A DNA stretch of 59,449 nucleotides, taken from an uncultured Desulfatiglans sp. GTDB lineage: Bacteria > Desulfobacterota > DSM-4660 > Desulfatiglandales > HGW-15. The DNA lies in NCBI GenBank assembly GCA_964610475.1, contig CAZSZQ010000002.1:1-59449 (forward strand), read 5' to 3'. Of the stretch, positions 47,715 to 57,818 are shown piece by piece. A program made the translations under genes and the position numbers. Position 1 is the first letter of the stretch. Every line of letters begins with the position of its first letter. The notes beneath the pieces were generated by a model that did no database searches, was not told the origin of the DNA, and worked only from the letters and a program-made list of their open reading frames with translations.

Positions 47715-49319
47715 ATGCCTATATCAAGTGAAATATACGCTGTATTGGAATCTATTGCAGGCGAAGAATATATATCAAATGATCCTGTCATTTGCGAGGG
47801 TTACAGGAGCGGGCCGGGCGGCTATGAAAACAGTATGGGATATGAGCGTGTAATGACCCATGTCCCCGGCTGTGTGATCATGCCAAAGACTACCGAAGAG
47901 GTTCAGAAAATAGTAAAGGTATGCTACCGCAACGATATACCCTATGTCCCATACAGTACGGGGTTTTACGGACCAAAGTCCCATCCCCATGTGGAAGAAG
48001 CATTACTGATAGACCTTAAAAGGATGGATGATTTTATACTGGATGAAAAACATTATTATGTAGAGGTGGGCCCCGGTGTTATCTATTCGCCCATTCAGGA
48101 AGAATGCATGAAGCATGGAGCCTATGTGGTTATAGGAGGCGGCGGTGCACAGGCCTCTGCCATAGCCAATCTAATAGGTGACGGATGGTCGCCCTTAAGC
48201 CACCGGATAGGCCTCCCTCACAGGCGTATACTGGGTACAGAGGTGGTTCTGCCTGACGGAGAGCTTTTAAAACTGGGCTCACTGGCGACCGGTGATGACC
48301 CATTCTGGGGGGAAGGCCCCGGCCCTGATCTGAGAGGTCTTTTAAGAGGGTATACAGGTGTAAGAGGATGTCTTGGCATTGTAACGAGGATGGCCATAAA
48401 GACACTGCCCTTCCAGCCGGAGAGGCTTGTACCTGAAGGAATATCACCTGAGACCTCTCTTACGCTTCCTGAAAAAAGGGTAAAGTGGATAAATTTCACA
48501 GTTCCTTCCAAGGAAGCACAGGTTACTGCCATGAAAAATATAGGCCATGCAGAGATTGCCGGTGCGGTCACAAAGGTGCCCCTGTTCTGGCGCGCAATTG
48601 CAAAGGCGGAATGCAAGGAAGAGTTCTGGGACATATGGAGTAAGGAAAATGAAGAGAGCATTGCCGGCTTCTTTATCGTGCGTGTACTCCTTATCGGGTA
48701 CACATCAGAGGAACAGATGGAATATGACGAAAGGGTACTGATTGACATCATGAAGGAGGTGGGAGGAGTTGCAAGACGTACAAAGCCCTCTGACGAATCA
48801 TGGATAAAAAATGCCGACTCAGCCGGTATGTGGCTCATGTGCGGCGGTTATGTATCTGTTGATTATGTTATTGAAACCCTGTCACAGTCAACCGAACACG
48901 GAGAATCATATGCAAAGGTTAAAAAGGACTTTACCCCGCCCCTTATGCCTGATTATGGTGACCCTGGATGGTTCCAGAGTTTTGAGATTGGGCATCAGGG
49001 ATATTCGGAGTTTTTAGTATACTGGGATCCGGATGACAACTGTGACGGCGTGGACCAGTTTTATCTGGAGACATCCAAGATGAACATAAGGGAGAGATAT
49101 TATACATCCCTGCTTGGTCCCCACCAGCCGCTTTATCTCACAGGACCGAAGTATGGGCCCGATTATCATATATTTATGTTGAAGATTAAAAACGAATTTG
49201 ATCCAAAATGGATGTCCCATCCTCCTGTACCTCTTGCACATGATGTGTATGTAAGCAGGGCGCCCTGGATGCAGCATATGGTTGACTGGGAGGTTCCGGA
49301 TGAATTACAGCGACCATAA
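47715..49319 (+). CDS. FAD-binding (PCMH-type) oxidoreductase, second subunit
   Basis: VIMPKTTEEVQKIVKVCYRNDIPYVP ... IDLKRMDDFILDE is an FAD_binding_4-like layout; translationally coupled to the upstream gene. Confidence 0.6.
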   Translation: MPISSEIYAVLESIAGEEYISNDPVICEGYRSGPGGYENSMGYERVMTHVPGCVIMPKTTEEVQKIVKVCYRNDIPYVPYSTGFYGPKSHPHVEEALLIDLKRMDDFILDEKHYYVEVGPGVIYSPIQEECMKHGAYVVIGGGGAQASAIANLIGDGWSPLSHRIGLPHRRILGTEVVLPDGELLKLGSLATGDDPFWGEGPGPDLRGLLRGYTGVRGCLGIVTRMAIKTLPFQPERLVPEGISPETSLTLPEKRVKWINFTVPSKEAQVTAMKNIGHAEIAGAVTKVPLFWRAIAKAECKEEFWDIWSKENEESIAGFFIVRVLLIGYTSEEQMEYDERVLIDIMKEVGGVARRTKPSDESWIKNADSAGMWLMCGGYVSVDYVIETLSQSTEHGESYAKVKKDFTPPLMPDYGDPGWFQSFEIGHQGYSEFLVYWDPDDNCDGVDQFYLETSKMNIRERYYTSLLGPHQPLYLTGPKYGPDYHIFMLKIKNEFDPKWMSHPPVPLAHDVYVSRAPWMQHMVDWEVPDELQRP

Positions 49320-49369
49320 AAAATGTTTATGGTCGTGTTTTCAGCCACCAATTGGATCTTAGGGGCACA

Positions 49370-49428
49370 GCAAGTGTCATGCCATAACCATGGTAAAGGC
49401 GAACCGCGGCCCATACGGGCATGCTTGC
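49370..49428 (+). other. stable intergenic stem-loop (possible terminator or leader structure)
   Basis: GCAAG-tgt-CATGCC (49370-49383) pairs with GGCATGCTTGC (49418-49428), 11 bp with a 3-nt bulge. A T6 run lies about 14 nt downstream. Confidence 0.25.
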
Positions 49429-49474
49429 AGCATCTCTCTGTGTTTTTTATTTAACCAAACGGTTTGCAAGGATT

Positions 49475-49756
49475 ATGAAATTTAAAAAAATCAAAATAAA
49501 ACTCAAATCAAGCTTTGCTGTGGGCGTTACCGAAGAATTTCTTGCCAGCTTTCAGGATGGTCATGAGATAATAATGGAGCTTGATAAAGGATCAACCGTG
49601 CTGGATCTCTTAAACAGGCTTTCTTCTATAGGATCTCCACATGAATGGGATGATATGCTGCTTCATGTATTTGTAAACAGGGTGCTTCAAGGCATGGATT
49701 ATGTTCTTCAGGATAATGATGAGATAAACCTGCATCTGCCTGTTTCCGGCGGGTAA
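49475..49756 (+). CDS. MoaD/ThiS-family ubiquitin-like sulfur-carrier protein (C-terminal GG)
   Basis: 93 aa from MKFKKIK; ends ...INLHLPVSGG-stop. The earlier ATG at 49421 lies inside the stem-loop and is unlikely to be the start. Confidence 0.55.
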   Translation: MKFKKIKIKLKSSFAVGVTEEFLASFQDGHEIIMELDKGSTVLDLLNRLSSIGSPHEWDDMLLHVFVNRVLQGMDYVLQDNDEINLHLPVSGG

Positions 49757-49966
49757 TATCTTCGGATACCGGGTCAGCTATTGTATGAATAGGCAGTAAA
49801 AGGGGGAAAAACAAGATCCATAGGAAGGTAGGAAACTCAGAAAGACAGCAGTAACAACAGGATGCTGAGTACGCACCTCAGTTTGCACCCTGACAAGATG
49901 ACAAGACAAGAATACGTCTCAGTAAATGGCATGATAATTTTAAATAAAAAATCTATTTAAAATCTA

Positions 49967-51043
49967 TCAATTTTTAAACCTGTTCAGAGCAGTAAGAAGC
50001 CTGCCTGATTCTTTTTGGGTGGATATCTGCTTCATCAGTTTTGCCGCTATTTCCTGGGCAGCCTTTTTCTCATCCTTTGTTAAATCGCCGTCAGCCTCTT
50101 TTACAAGTGATTCTGCCTCCTTGAGCCCGTTTGCCTCTGCAACCAGAAGCCATGCATAACCCATCTGTTTATCGGAAGCAGTGCCTGTGCCAAGGTAGTA
50201 GAGCACTGAAAGGTCAAACTGGGCTATTGCAAGATTATGTTCCGCCGCCTTTTTCATCCATTCAAAACCTTTTTCAGTATCCTGTTCCACGCCAAGGCCG
50301 CTTATGTATTTTCTTGCAGTATTGTATTGTCCCCAGGCATCACCATTTTCTGCACTCTCTTTAAAAAGGTAAAAGGCGATACTATCACTCTGTTTTACCA
50401 AATAGCCTTCACTGTATAACTCAGCCAGAAACCTCTGCGCCAGGGCATTCCCGTCTTTAACGGCTATGATGAGGATTTGTAACATTTTTTGGGCTTTTAC
50501 ATTATCGGTATCTGCATCAAGAATTTGTTTCTTGATAATACAGCATACATCATGACTGAGTTTATCTCCCTGATTACCGGATATCAGAAAGTATTTAAAT
50601 GCCATGATCAGATCATAAGGGAAGTCTTGAGGAATAATTATACCGCCATATTCCACCTCTGTAGTAATATCCTCAAAAATACTGCCGCCTTTCAGGTATA
50701 TTGTACCTAAAAGAAAAGAGGCATCAGGGTTACCTTTACCTGAGGCATTCTCAAATAATTTAATACAGTTGGAAAAGTTTCTTTTTACAACCTTTCCCTG
50801 GCCAAACATCATCCCGATCTCGAACTGGTCAGCAGGACTACTTTTCATGGCCGTGTTAAAGAGCTCTTCTTCAGTGAGATTTAAAAATTTTATTTCAGGG
50901 CTATATGTATTGGTAAGAAGGTTTTTTATTTCATTTTTCGGACTGTATGACGGAACTTTTTTTGTTTCATAGGAAAATGCCCCATTACAGTAGACAAATA
51001 CAACAGCAGTAACAACAAGCAGAACATGAGAAAACTTTTTCAT
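49967..51043 (-). CDS. secreted Sel1-repeat (TPR-like) protein
   Basis: Signal peptide; repeated Sel1-like units (e.g. A..G...AQ..L...Y..G.GV..D...). Confidence 0.75.
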   Translation of the reverse strand: MKKFSHVLLVVTAVVFVYCNGAFSYETKKVPSYSPKNEIKNLLTNTYSPEIKFLNLTEEELFNTAMKSSPADQFEIGMMFGQGKVVKRNFSNCIKLFENASGKGNPDASFLLGTIYLKGGSIFEDITTEVEYGGIIIPQDFPYDLIMAFKYFLISGNQGDKLSHDVCCIIKKQILDADTDNVKAQKMLQILIIAVKDGNALAQRFLAELYSEGYLVKQSDSIAFYLFKESAENGDAWGQYNTARKYISGLGVEQDTEKGFEWMKKAAEHNLAIAQFDLSVLYYLGTGTASDKQMGYAWLLVAEANGLKEAESLVKEADGDLTKDEKKAAQEIAAKLMKQISTQKESGRLLTALNRFKN

Positions 51044-51422
51044 TTATTTAAAATCTCCCTTTATAATTCATCCTAATCTCTGAATTAGGCAATATGTTAA
51101 ATACCGTATTCAATGCAAAATTCAATCCAAAAATAAATAGCAATTAAATCAATATGATACAAATTTTGTGTATTTAAAAAAAATTGGACTATGAAAAAAT
51201 ATTCTTAATTAATATGTAAATAAATACTAAAATCAAGTATTGATTTACATATATGGCATTATATCAGTATTATTCCCGCATCCTCTTTATTGCCTTCAGG
51301 AAGCATAGCAAAAACTGCTTTATCAAGGCTGTATTTTACCATTTGTTATGTCTTGACCTGCAGGGAATATTTCTCTATGGTTTTTATATTGATAATAAGA
51401 TTTTCAAATCAGGAGTCACAGT

Positions 51423-52940
51423 ATGATATATATTACAAATAAAAAATATTCCCGCAGGCAATTCATCAAACAAACGGCAATAGTTACCGCAGGGTTATCT
51501 CTTGGCCCTTATATTCGTCCTGTAAGGGCGCAGGCGTATGCTCCGCTGATGAAAAGGGGCATGGGAAGGCTTGGTTTTGAGGCCACAACACTTGGTCTGG
51601 GAGGCCAGGCCTCACTCCAATGGACACCTGCTGATGTTGACCCGGTAAATATTATTCTCAAGGCCTTTGAATCTGGGATTAATTATTACGATACATCCAA
51701 CTTTTATGACGGCAGCCAGCTCAACTACGGGAAGGCATTCCGGAAATTGAACCTGATCCCGGGCCAACCCGGTTACAATGAGAAATTACGCAGTTCTATA
51801 TTTTTAACAAGTAAAACATGCCTGCGTTTCGGCAAGGGCGGATGGAAGAACGATGTGATGTACAATCTCACTAATGGCACCGGAACACATGCCGTAAGTG
51901 ATCTTAAAAGAACGCTGTCACAGATTTTTGGTGATGGAAAAGGATCTTATCCAAAGGGGGCCTACCTGAATATGGTGCTTATGCATGCCGTAACCAGTGC
52001 CGAAGACATGGATGCACTTTATACAGGCTATGAAGACACAGACTCAAAGGCTGAAACAATAGGCACACTTGCAACACTTATAGATTTCCGTGACGGCACA
52101 AATTTGACCGGACTTAATCCTGAAGAGGAAAAACTTATCCGGCATATCGGTTTTTCTGGCCATGCATCCCCTGCTGTTATGATGGGGATGATTCACCGCG
52201 ACACAAAAAAAGTCCTTGAAGGCATGCTTGTTGCCATTAATGCGAATGACCGGAATTATTTTAATATGCAGTACAACATAATTCCGGTTGCTGAAGCCAA
52301 CAATATGGGAGTGATAGGCATGAAGGTCTTTGCTGATGGCGCGATGTATGAAAAACCCGCTGTCATGACCCAGGGACCGCACATGGTTATCCGCAAGGTT
52401 GGGAGCAAAAATCTGCCCAGCAGAAAGCTCGTTGAATATTCTCTGACAACACCTGGCATTCATAATGTAATAATTGGTATAGGGCAAATCGATAATGATC
52501 CCAAAAATTGCCAGCTTACAGAAAACCTGCTTTCCGCGCAGATCAAACCCGATGCATTTACTATATCGGATCGAAGAGAAATCGAAAAACTCGCGCTGAT
52601 TGCCAAAGAGGGTAAAACGAACGGGTTTTTTCAGGTTGAAAAACAGGGGCTGAGCGCTGTGAGGGAATTTTCTATAATTCAGGAAAAACAAGACCGGAGA
52701 AGGATGGCCAGGCTTAAATGGCAGAGTGCCTATGCAGGGGATGAACCTATCGATCGTTATGAGATATGGCGCGACAACAGAAGGGCAGGGCAGGTTGCAT
52801 ATAAGCCTCAGACAACAAGAGAGCCCATCGTATACGAAGAGACGCTTTCAGACAACAATGCTCATAATTACAGGATATTGACTGTTGATGCTGCAGGACG
52901 TACAGCCAGGACAGAGGAGATAATGCTATCCGGTATATAA
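51423..52940 (+). CDS. aldo/keto reductase with Tat signal and a C-terminal Fn3-like domain
   Basis: SRRQFIK twin-arginine motif plus AxA site (VRAQA); AKR core (LGLGGQ..., INYYDTS, GFSGH). The last roughly 90 aa are beta-rich and Fn3-like. Confidence 0.75.
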   Translation: MIYITNKKYSRRQFIKQTAIVTAGLSLGPYIRPVRAQAYAPLMKRGMGRLGFEATTLGLGGQASLQWTPADVDPVNIILKAFESGINYYDTSNFYDGSQLNYGKAFRKLNLIPGQPGYNEKLRSSIFLTSKTCLRFGKGGWKNDVMYNLTNGTGTHAVSDLKRTLSQIFGDGKGSYPKGAYLNMVLMHAVTSAEDMDALYTGYEDTDSKAETIGTLATLIDFRDGTNLTGLNPEEEKLIRHIGFSGHASPAVMMGMIHRDTKKVLEGMLVAINANDRNYFNMQYNIIPVAEANNMGVIGMKVFADGAMYEKPAVMTQGPHMVIRKVGSKNLPSRKLVEYSLTTPGIHNVIIGIGQIDNDPKNCQLTENLLSAQIKPDAFTISDRREIEKLALIAKEGKTNGFFQVEKQGLSAVREFSIIQEKQDRRRMARLKWQSAYAGDEPIDRYEIWRDNRRAGQVAYKPQTTREPIVYEETLSDNNAHNYRILTVDAAGRTARTEEIMLSGI

Positions 52941-53101
52941 CTAAGGTACAAATATTATAGCTATTTAGCTTTTATTAAATCTTAAAGTTGTATTCTGCGA
53001 TCGTTTTTTTGAACTTTAAAAAATTATTAAGGTGCTTTGGTCATTATTAAATATTTTTCAGACAGGTCGCTTTAGATAAAGACCACCATTTAGGGTTCGT
53101 T

Positions 53102-53545
53102 TTACCACTTGCAGCCATCACCTGTGATAGCGTCCTTGATAAGTAAGGGAACCGCAAAAAGCCCTGCCCCCGCATAAGCAGTGAGGCAGTCCGGGGGGAG
53201 TGACGCCTCGTATTTCTTTATGTAATCTATTCTCCATTCTAACCTTTTGATTTGCAATTCATCCTCTGACATCTCTCCAAACACCTGCTCAAAACGATTA
53301 ACAGCCTCCAGGCCATATGATGCGGTCAAGTAGGTTGTAAGAGATTTATCCCCGAAAGATTCTGAACCTGGAACCCCCTCGCCTATGGTTGTCACAAAAG
53401 TATCAATTTTGAACTCCGGTATCTTTCCAAAATCCCTTTCCATGCGGTAAGGAGCCTCCAGGTCGAATAATGGATTTGCATCGGTTGCAAGAGGATTGCC
53501 TTCAGGAGCTACTGAAGCAGGGGCTGCTAAGGTTTCGGATTTCAC
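53102..53545 (-). CDS. hypothetical protein (last gene of the ABC/FG-GAP operon)
   Basis: 147-aa ORF, 12 nt downstream of the preceding gene; no recognisable motif. Confidence 0.4.
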   Translation of the reverse strand: MKSETLAAPASVAPEGNPLATDANPLFDLEAPYRMERDFGKIPEFKIDTFVTTIGEGVPGSESFGDKSLTTYLTASYGLEAVNRFEQVFGEMSEDELQIKRLEWRIDYIKKYEASLPPDCLTAYAGAGLFAVPLLIKDAITGDGCKW

Positions 53546-53557
53546 AATAGTATCAGC

Positions 53558-53878
53558 TTAGGACTTGTTGTCGACAATGCTGGTGCGTTGGGTGAAGGAT
53601 TGAGAATTTTGAATAGGCAGGTCTGTGGCAGGCATTGGTGAAATCTCTTTTATGTCCATCATGTCATGAGAAGAATCAGGAAGCGTGGTCAATGACACAA
53701 ACAGAGGTGTGCTGATTGAGGAGGTCGAAGATTCGACAACTATGCGATTTGTAGCCACGATCCACAATATTAATGCGGGGAACAGGTGCATTACTATCGA
53801 AAAGACGATCGCCGTCATAACTTCCCGCGATGGTCGCGCTACCAGCATCGGCTGTTTGAAAGACTGCAATTGCGGCAT
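53558..53878 (-). CDS. hypothetical single-pass membrane protein
   Basis: 106 aa with one TM segment (AIVFSIVMHLFPALILWIV) and a Ser/Thr-rich tail. Confidence 0.35.
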   Translation of the reverse strand: MPQLQSFKQPMLVARPSREVMTAIVFSIVMHLFPALILWIVATNRIVVESSTSSISTPLFVSLTTLPDSSHDMMDIKEISPMPATDLPIQNSQSFTQRTSIVDNKS

Positions 53879-53894
53879 GTTTTTCTCCCAGGCG

Positions 53895-54686
53895 CTACAG
53901 TATATCCTTTTTCCTAAAAAGCAGAATTGAAAGGATTGAAAAAATCAGAACATAGATTAGTGAATAAAAAGTAAGTCTATGTAAGGGTTCCCATATTGCC
54001 GGTAGCCCATAAGTGATTTTACTCATCATTTCCATGCCCGCGTTTAAAAATTGATTCGGTGTAAAATTAACAAGTTCGTCAAATGGGAGTAGAAGATAAA
54101 AGGCAAAAAACAAAATCAGGGTTGATGCATTAACCCATAAAGGGCTTTTAACGAGCGTTGAAAAAAAGAAGGCGATTGAACACCATGCAAAAACAGGCAA
54201 AACCGCAAAACAGAAGCCTGCTGTATAATGCTTAAGCAGTTGTGAAAAGGAATAAATTATATATTCATCCTCTGATAACGATTCCAAACCTATAAGGCAA
54301 AATCCTGTCCCCAGACTGACCACGAATAAGAGAAAAAGAAGAACAAAAGCGATACTGAATAAAGACAGGAGTTTCCCTGAAATCATATGACCTCTGGGTA
54401 TCGGCCGGACACAGATAAGGTCAAGGTTTCCCTGAGATCTTTCGGATGCTATTGCGGAACCTGACAATATGATCATAATCAATGTCAAAAGGTTTACCCC
54501 TGTTGATACCATGAAAGAAGCAAGCTGGAATCCGCTCATTTGAGCACCTGTATAGCCTGCAACCCTCAGGCGTATCCAGCCCAGTCCTGCAAGAAATATG
54601 ATGAATCCCAAAATCAGTATTAAGAAATAACGCTGACTCATTAGTTTATATAACTCGGTTTTAAGCACTATAATTGTTTTTTTCAT
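53895..54686 (-). CDS. ABC-2 type transporter permease
   Basis: 263 aa with 6 predicted TM segments, located in an operon with the ABC ATPase. Confidence 0.6.
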   Translation of the reverse strand: MKKTIIVLKTELYKLMSQRYFLILILGFIIFLAGLGWIRLRVAGYTGAQMSGFQLASFMVSTGVNLLTLIMIILSGSAIASERSQGNLDLICVRPIPRGHMISGKLLSLFSIAFVLLFLLFVVSLGTGFCLIGLESLSEDEYIIYSFSQLLKHYTAGFCFAVLPVFAWCSIAFFFSTLVKSPLWVNASTLILFFAFYLLLPFDELVNFTPNQFLNAGMEMMSKITYGLPAIWEPLHRLTFYSLIYVLIFSILSILLFRKKDIL

Positions 54687-54693
54687 GATTGTT

Positions 54694-56220
54694 TTACTTT
54701 GTTATCAGGATTTTCAGTTGGCTTTTTTCCACATCCTGTTCAATTGTCCTGTCACTATAATCTATAATCAGGTCCATCTTATCATCACCATTCAATGATA
54801 CCGGACTTACAGCAGAACCATCCTGTGGAAGGGAAATTTCAAATTCTACATCAGGTTTTTGTCTGGAAAAAAGGCTTTCACTGCTGCCAAAGTAAATGTT
54901 CAATTCTTTATTTGATCTGCATGTCAATATGTCGATCTTTCCATCGCCATTGTAATCATTAAAATCATTTACCGGTACTGTGGCGCCACCGCTATATGAA
55001 AATTCTATTGAAAGATCTGTTTTAAAGTCAGGCGTGGAAGAATATTTACCGGATGAATCGGAATTGTAGATGAGTACTTCAAAGGTAGCACGTTGCATGA
55101 GAAGCATCTTTACAATCTTTAATACCCCAAGTTTAATGCTTGGGACAATCATATCCATATTATTATCATTGTTAAGGTCCCTTAATTCCGACCCGAGCTG
55201 CAGACCTTCACATACGATGATCTGGTCAGGTGTTTTATCAAATATTGCCCCGGTGTCTGATCCTGATTTTTTGCCAAGATAAATCTGTAACTGTGATGTT
55301 GGGTTTAACATGCCAGCCTGTGTATCCATCTTATGGGCGATTATATCGATTAGCCCATCATTATTTATATCCGCTATTTTGTTAATGGTTACCTGCTCCT
55401 TCTTATTTTTACCGCCTACCGAAATCTGGAGGAGTCCCCTTTTATTTTCTATAATATTGACTATCTTGTACTGCCCGGGATCATTTGAAAATCCGCCATT
55501 TACACCCTGGAAGAATACATAAAGGTTGTCTTCATCTAAGGCTATGATGTCAGACCGGTTGTCCTGATTATAATCTTTGAATAAAAAGGTGGCAGTCGTA
55601 TACCGGGCAGAAACAGAATTACCTATTCCATTCTCCCGTCTTGAACCTGATATTTCCCCTGTTACAGGTGCAATAATCTTTGAATTATATTGATAATTGC
55701 CTGTTTCATTTTTGTAAAATATCCCATAACCATCAAATAGGGGGATGAATAAATCATCGATTTTATCGTCATTCAAGTCACGCACAAAATTCCAGGCGCT
55801 GATTGAGTCTTTATTTGGCACAACAAAAATAGAGTCAGCATCCAGAAGCTTATGGATGGACAGGTTGAATTCACCATTTTCAAGTTGATAGTAATATATG
55901 CCGTCTTTCAGGATACAGACTATCTCTTTATTAGAATCTTTACTTACATCACCGATATCAAAAAGAATCACTCTGTTATCAAATTCCCATGTTTGGTCTG
56001 CTTTTTGGGAGAAGCCGTCATCATGTTGAAGAAAGATGCTCATCATACGTTTTTTTTCTTCTGTTTCATGAACTATAATAACATCCGGCTTCCGGTCATT
56101 ATTTAAATCTTCAACAAGATGGTAGTTAAACTTCCCTTCTATTTCCAGATCATAGACATTGAAAAAATTCTGGTTTTTTTTTCTAATGCCATTCCCGGCA
56201 AGAGTAAAAACAGTAAACAT
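54694..56220 (-). CDS. FG-GAP/VCBS repeat (beta-propeller) protein, no obvious signal peptide
   Basis: Seven Ca-binding-like DxNxD motifs: DLNNDRKPD, DLNDDKIDD, DYNQDNRSD, DINNDGLID, DLNNDNNMD, DYNGDGKID, SLNGDDKMD. Confidence 0.7.
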   Translation of the reverse strand: MFTVFTLAGNGIRKKNQNFFNVYDLEIEGKFNYHLVEDLNNDRKPDVIIVHETEEKKRMMSIFLQHDDGFSQKADQTWEFDNRVILFDIGDVSKDSNKEIVCILKDGIYYYQLENGEFNLSIHKLLDADSIFVVPNKDSISAWNFVRDLNDDKIDDLFIPLFDGYGIFYKNETGNYQYNSKIIAPVTGEISGSRRENGIGNSVSARYTTATFLFKDYNQDNRSDIIALDEDNLYVFFQGVNGGFSNDPGQYKIVNIIENKRGLLQISVGGKNKKEQVTINKIADINNDGLIDIIAHKMDTQAGMLNPTSQLQIYLGKKSGSDTGAIFDKTPDQIIVCEGLQLGSELRDLNNDNNMDMIVPSIKLGVLKIVKMLLMQRATFEVLIYNSDSSGKYSSTPDFKTDLSIEFSYSGGATVPVNDFNDYNGDGKIDILTCRSNKELNIYFGSSESLFSRQKPDVEFEISLPQDGSAVSPVSLNGDDKMDLIIDYSDRTIEQDVEKSQLKILITK

Positions 56221-56236
56221 GTGATTATTTCATTTT

Positions 56237-56989
56237 TCATTTGTCCACTCCTTTTGTCAGCCGAAAAAAGTATTCTTCAAGACCATCAGGATTGGTTTTT
56301 ATTAGTTCTTCCATATGGCCGCATCCGATAATTTTACCATTGTTTATTATGACAACTTTATTGCAGATGTGTTCAACTTCTCTTAAAAGATGGCTTGATA
56401 AAAAAATGGTTTTATTCTCATAGACAGAAAGTTGTGTAATTAGTGCCCTTATTTCAAATATTCCGGCAGGGTCCAGGCCATTAGTAGGTTCATCAAGGAT
56501 TAAAATCTCAGGGTCAGCTAATAAAGCCTGGGCAATACCGAGCCGTTGGAGCATTCCCCTGGAATAGGTGGATACCTTGTCTTTGGAACGTTCAGTAAGA
56601 CCAACAATCTTCAATACCTCATCTATTCGTCTTGAAAAATCTGTAAGTTCTGAGTATTCAGCAAGGATTTTTAGATTTTGAAAGGCAGACAGGTATGGAT
56701 AAAACCCTGGTGATTCCAGCATTACTCCTATTTTTTTTACGGCATTGTAAAAATCTTTTTGTATGTCAAAGCCACAGATTCTTAAGGTTCCGGATGTGGG
56801 GTGAATGAGCCCTGTAATCATCCTTATGGTTGTTGTTTTCCCTGCCCCATTTGGCCCAAGAAATCCATAGATTTGTCCTTTTTCAACTACAAGGTCAAGG
56901 TTATCGACAGCCAAAAATGATTTGTATTTTTTCGTCAATTTCAGGCATTCAATCGCTGGTTCATGTGTCATCTCTTCTCCCACTCTCAA
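56237..56989 (-). CDS. ABC transporter ATP-binding protein
   Basis: Walker A GPNGAGKTT; signature YSRGMLQRL; Walker B ILILDEP. True start may be ATG 56971 (MTHEP). Confidence 0.9.
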   Translation of the reverse strand: MRVGEEMTHEPAIECLKLTKKYKSFLAVDNLDLVVEKGQIYGFLGPNGAGKTTTIRMITGLIHPTSGTLRICGFDIQKDFYNAVKKIGVMLESPGFYPYLSAFQNLKILAEYSELTDFSRRIDEVLKIVGLTERSKDKVSTYSRGMLQRLGIAQALLADPEILILDEPTNGLDPAGIFEIRALITQLSVYENKTIFLSSHLLREVEHICNKVVIINNGKIIGCGHMEELIKTNPDGLEEYFFRLTKGVDK

Positions 56990-56992
56990 TTA

Positions 56993-57595
56993 TTAAGAAT
57001 CTGAACTCTCAGGAAACTTTAATGCCTTCCGCGTAACATGCCGGTAAGAGAATATCTGCCACAGGATCAATAAAATAATAAGGGTTGACGATGATACAGG
57101 TAAATCATTAAGCTCAAAATACTCATCATAACCTTCTTTTTGGGTAACAAGGGCGTTATGGTCAATTATGTCAAAACCCATGCCAATCGATGCAGTATTG
57201 CGCTTTTGCCCCGGTTTAACGCTATCAGCAGATTTTTTTTCAACATGAATATTGAAAAGAGAAATAATCAAAAGAAAAAGCAGAATGGTCATGGTAGATA
57301 GATATGTGGATTTCAAGGCCCTGCCCACAATCTGGACCTCGCGTTCGTCCCGTTCCTTTATTCCTGAAAGTTTTGACAAGACATCATTCCTAATGCCTTT
57401 TGAAAAGAACATGGCGATGGTTAAAAAAAATGTAATCAGGGTCCATAAGAGTGCAGGCACTAAAGTCCATAACTCAAGAATACCATTTTGAGGTATTATT
57501 TTGTTATATAATAATCCTATAACTAAAAAGCCTATCAGCGCGAGAGGGAAGGTATAAAAAACAAATCCTATAACTGTCTTTTTTAACAAATTCAT
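56993..57595 (-). CDS. hypothetical polytopic membrane protein
   Basis: Start MNLLKK at 57595 follows GGAGGA and lies 1 nt after the stop of the HTH gene. Four predicted TM segments. Confidence 0.5.
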   Translation of the reverse strand: MNLLKKTVIGFVFYTFPLALIGFLVIGLLYNKIIPQNGILELWTLVPALLWTLITFFLTIAMFFSKGIRNDVLSKLSGIKERDEREVQIVGRALKSTYLSTMTILLFLLIISLFNIHVEKKSADSVKPGQKRNTASIGMGFDIIDHNALVTQKEGYDEYFELNDLPVSSSTLIILLILWQIFSYRHVTRKALKFPESSDS

Positions 57596-57596
57596 C

Positions 57597-57818
57597 TTAA
57601 TCCTCCACAAAAAAAATAGAATGAATATCCACTTCAAAATACCGTGCAAGTCTGAAGGCCAGCTCCAGAGAAGGGTTGTAGGCCCCCTTTTCCATTGCGT
57701 TTATTGTCGCCCTTGTAACACCAACTGCATCGGCTAAGGCCTGTTGCGTCAGCCTTTTTTCAGTTCTTAACTCATAAATATTATTTCTGATGTTAAATTG
57801 AGACCCTATGTTAACCAT
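57597..57818 (-). CDS. small XRE/Cro-family helix-turn-helix transcriptional regulator
   Basis: LTQQALADAVGVTRATINAMEKG HTH motif; roughly 73 aa from MVNIG. Confidence 0.8.
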   Translation of the reverse strand: MVNIGSQFNIRNNIYELRTEKRLTQQALADAVGVTRATINAMEKGAYNPSLELAFRLARYFEVDIHSIFFVED

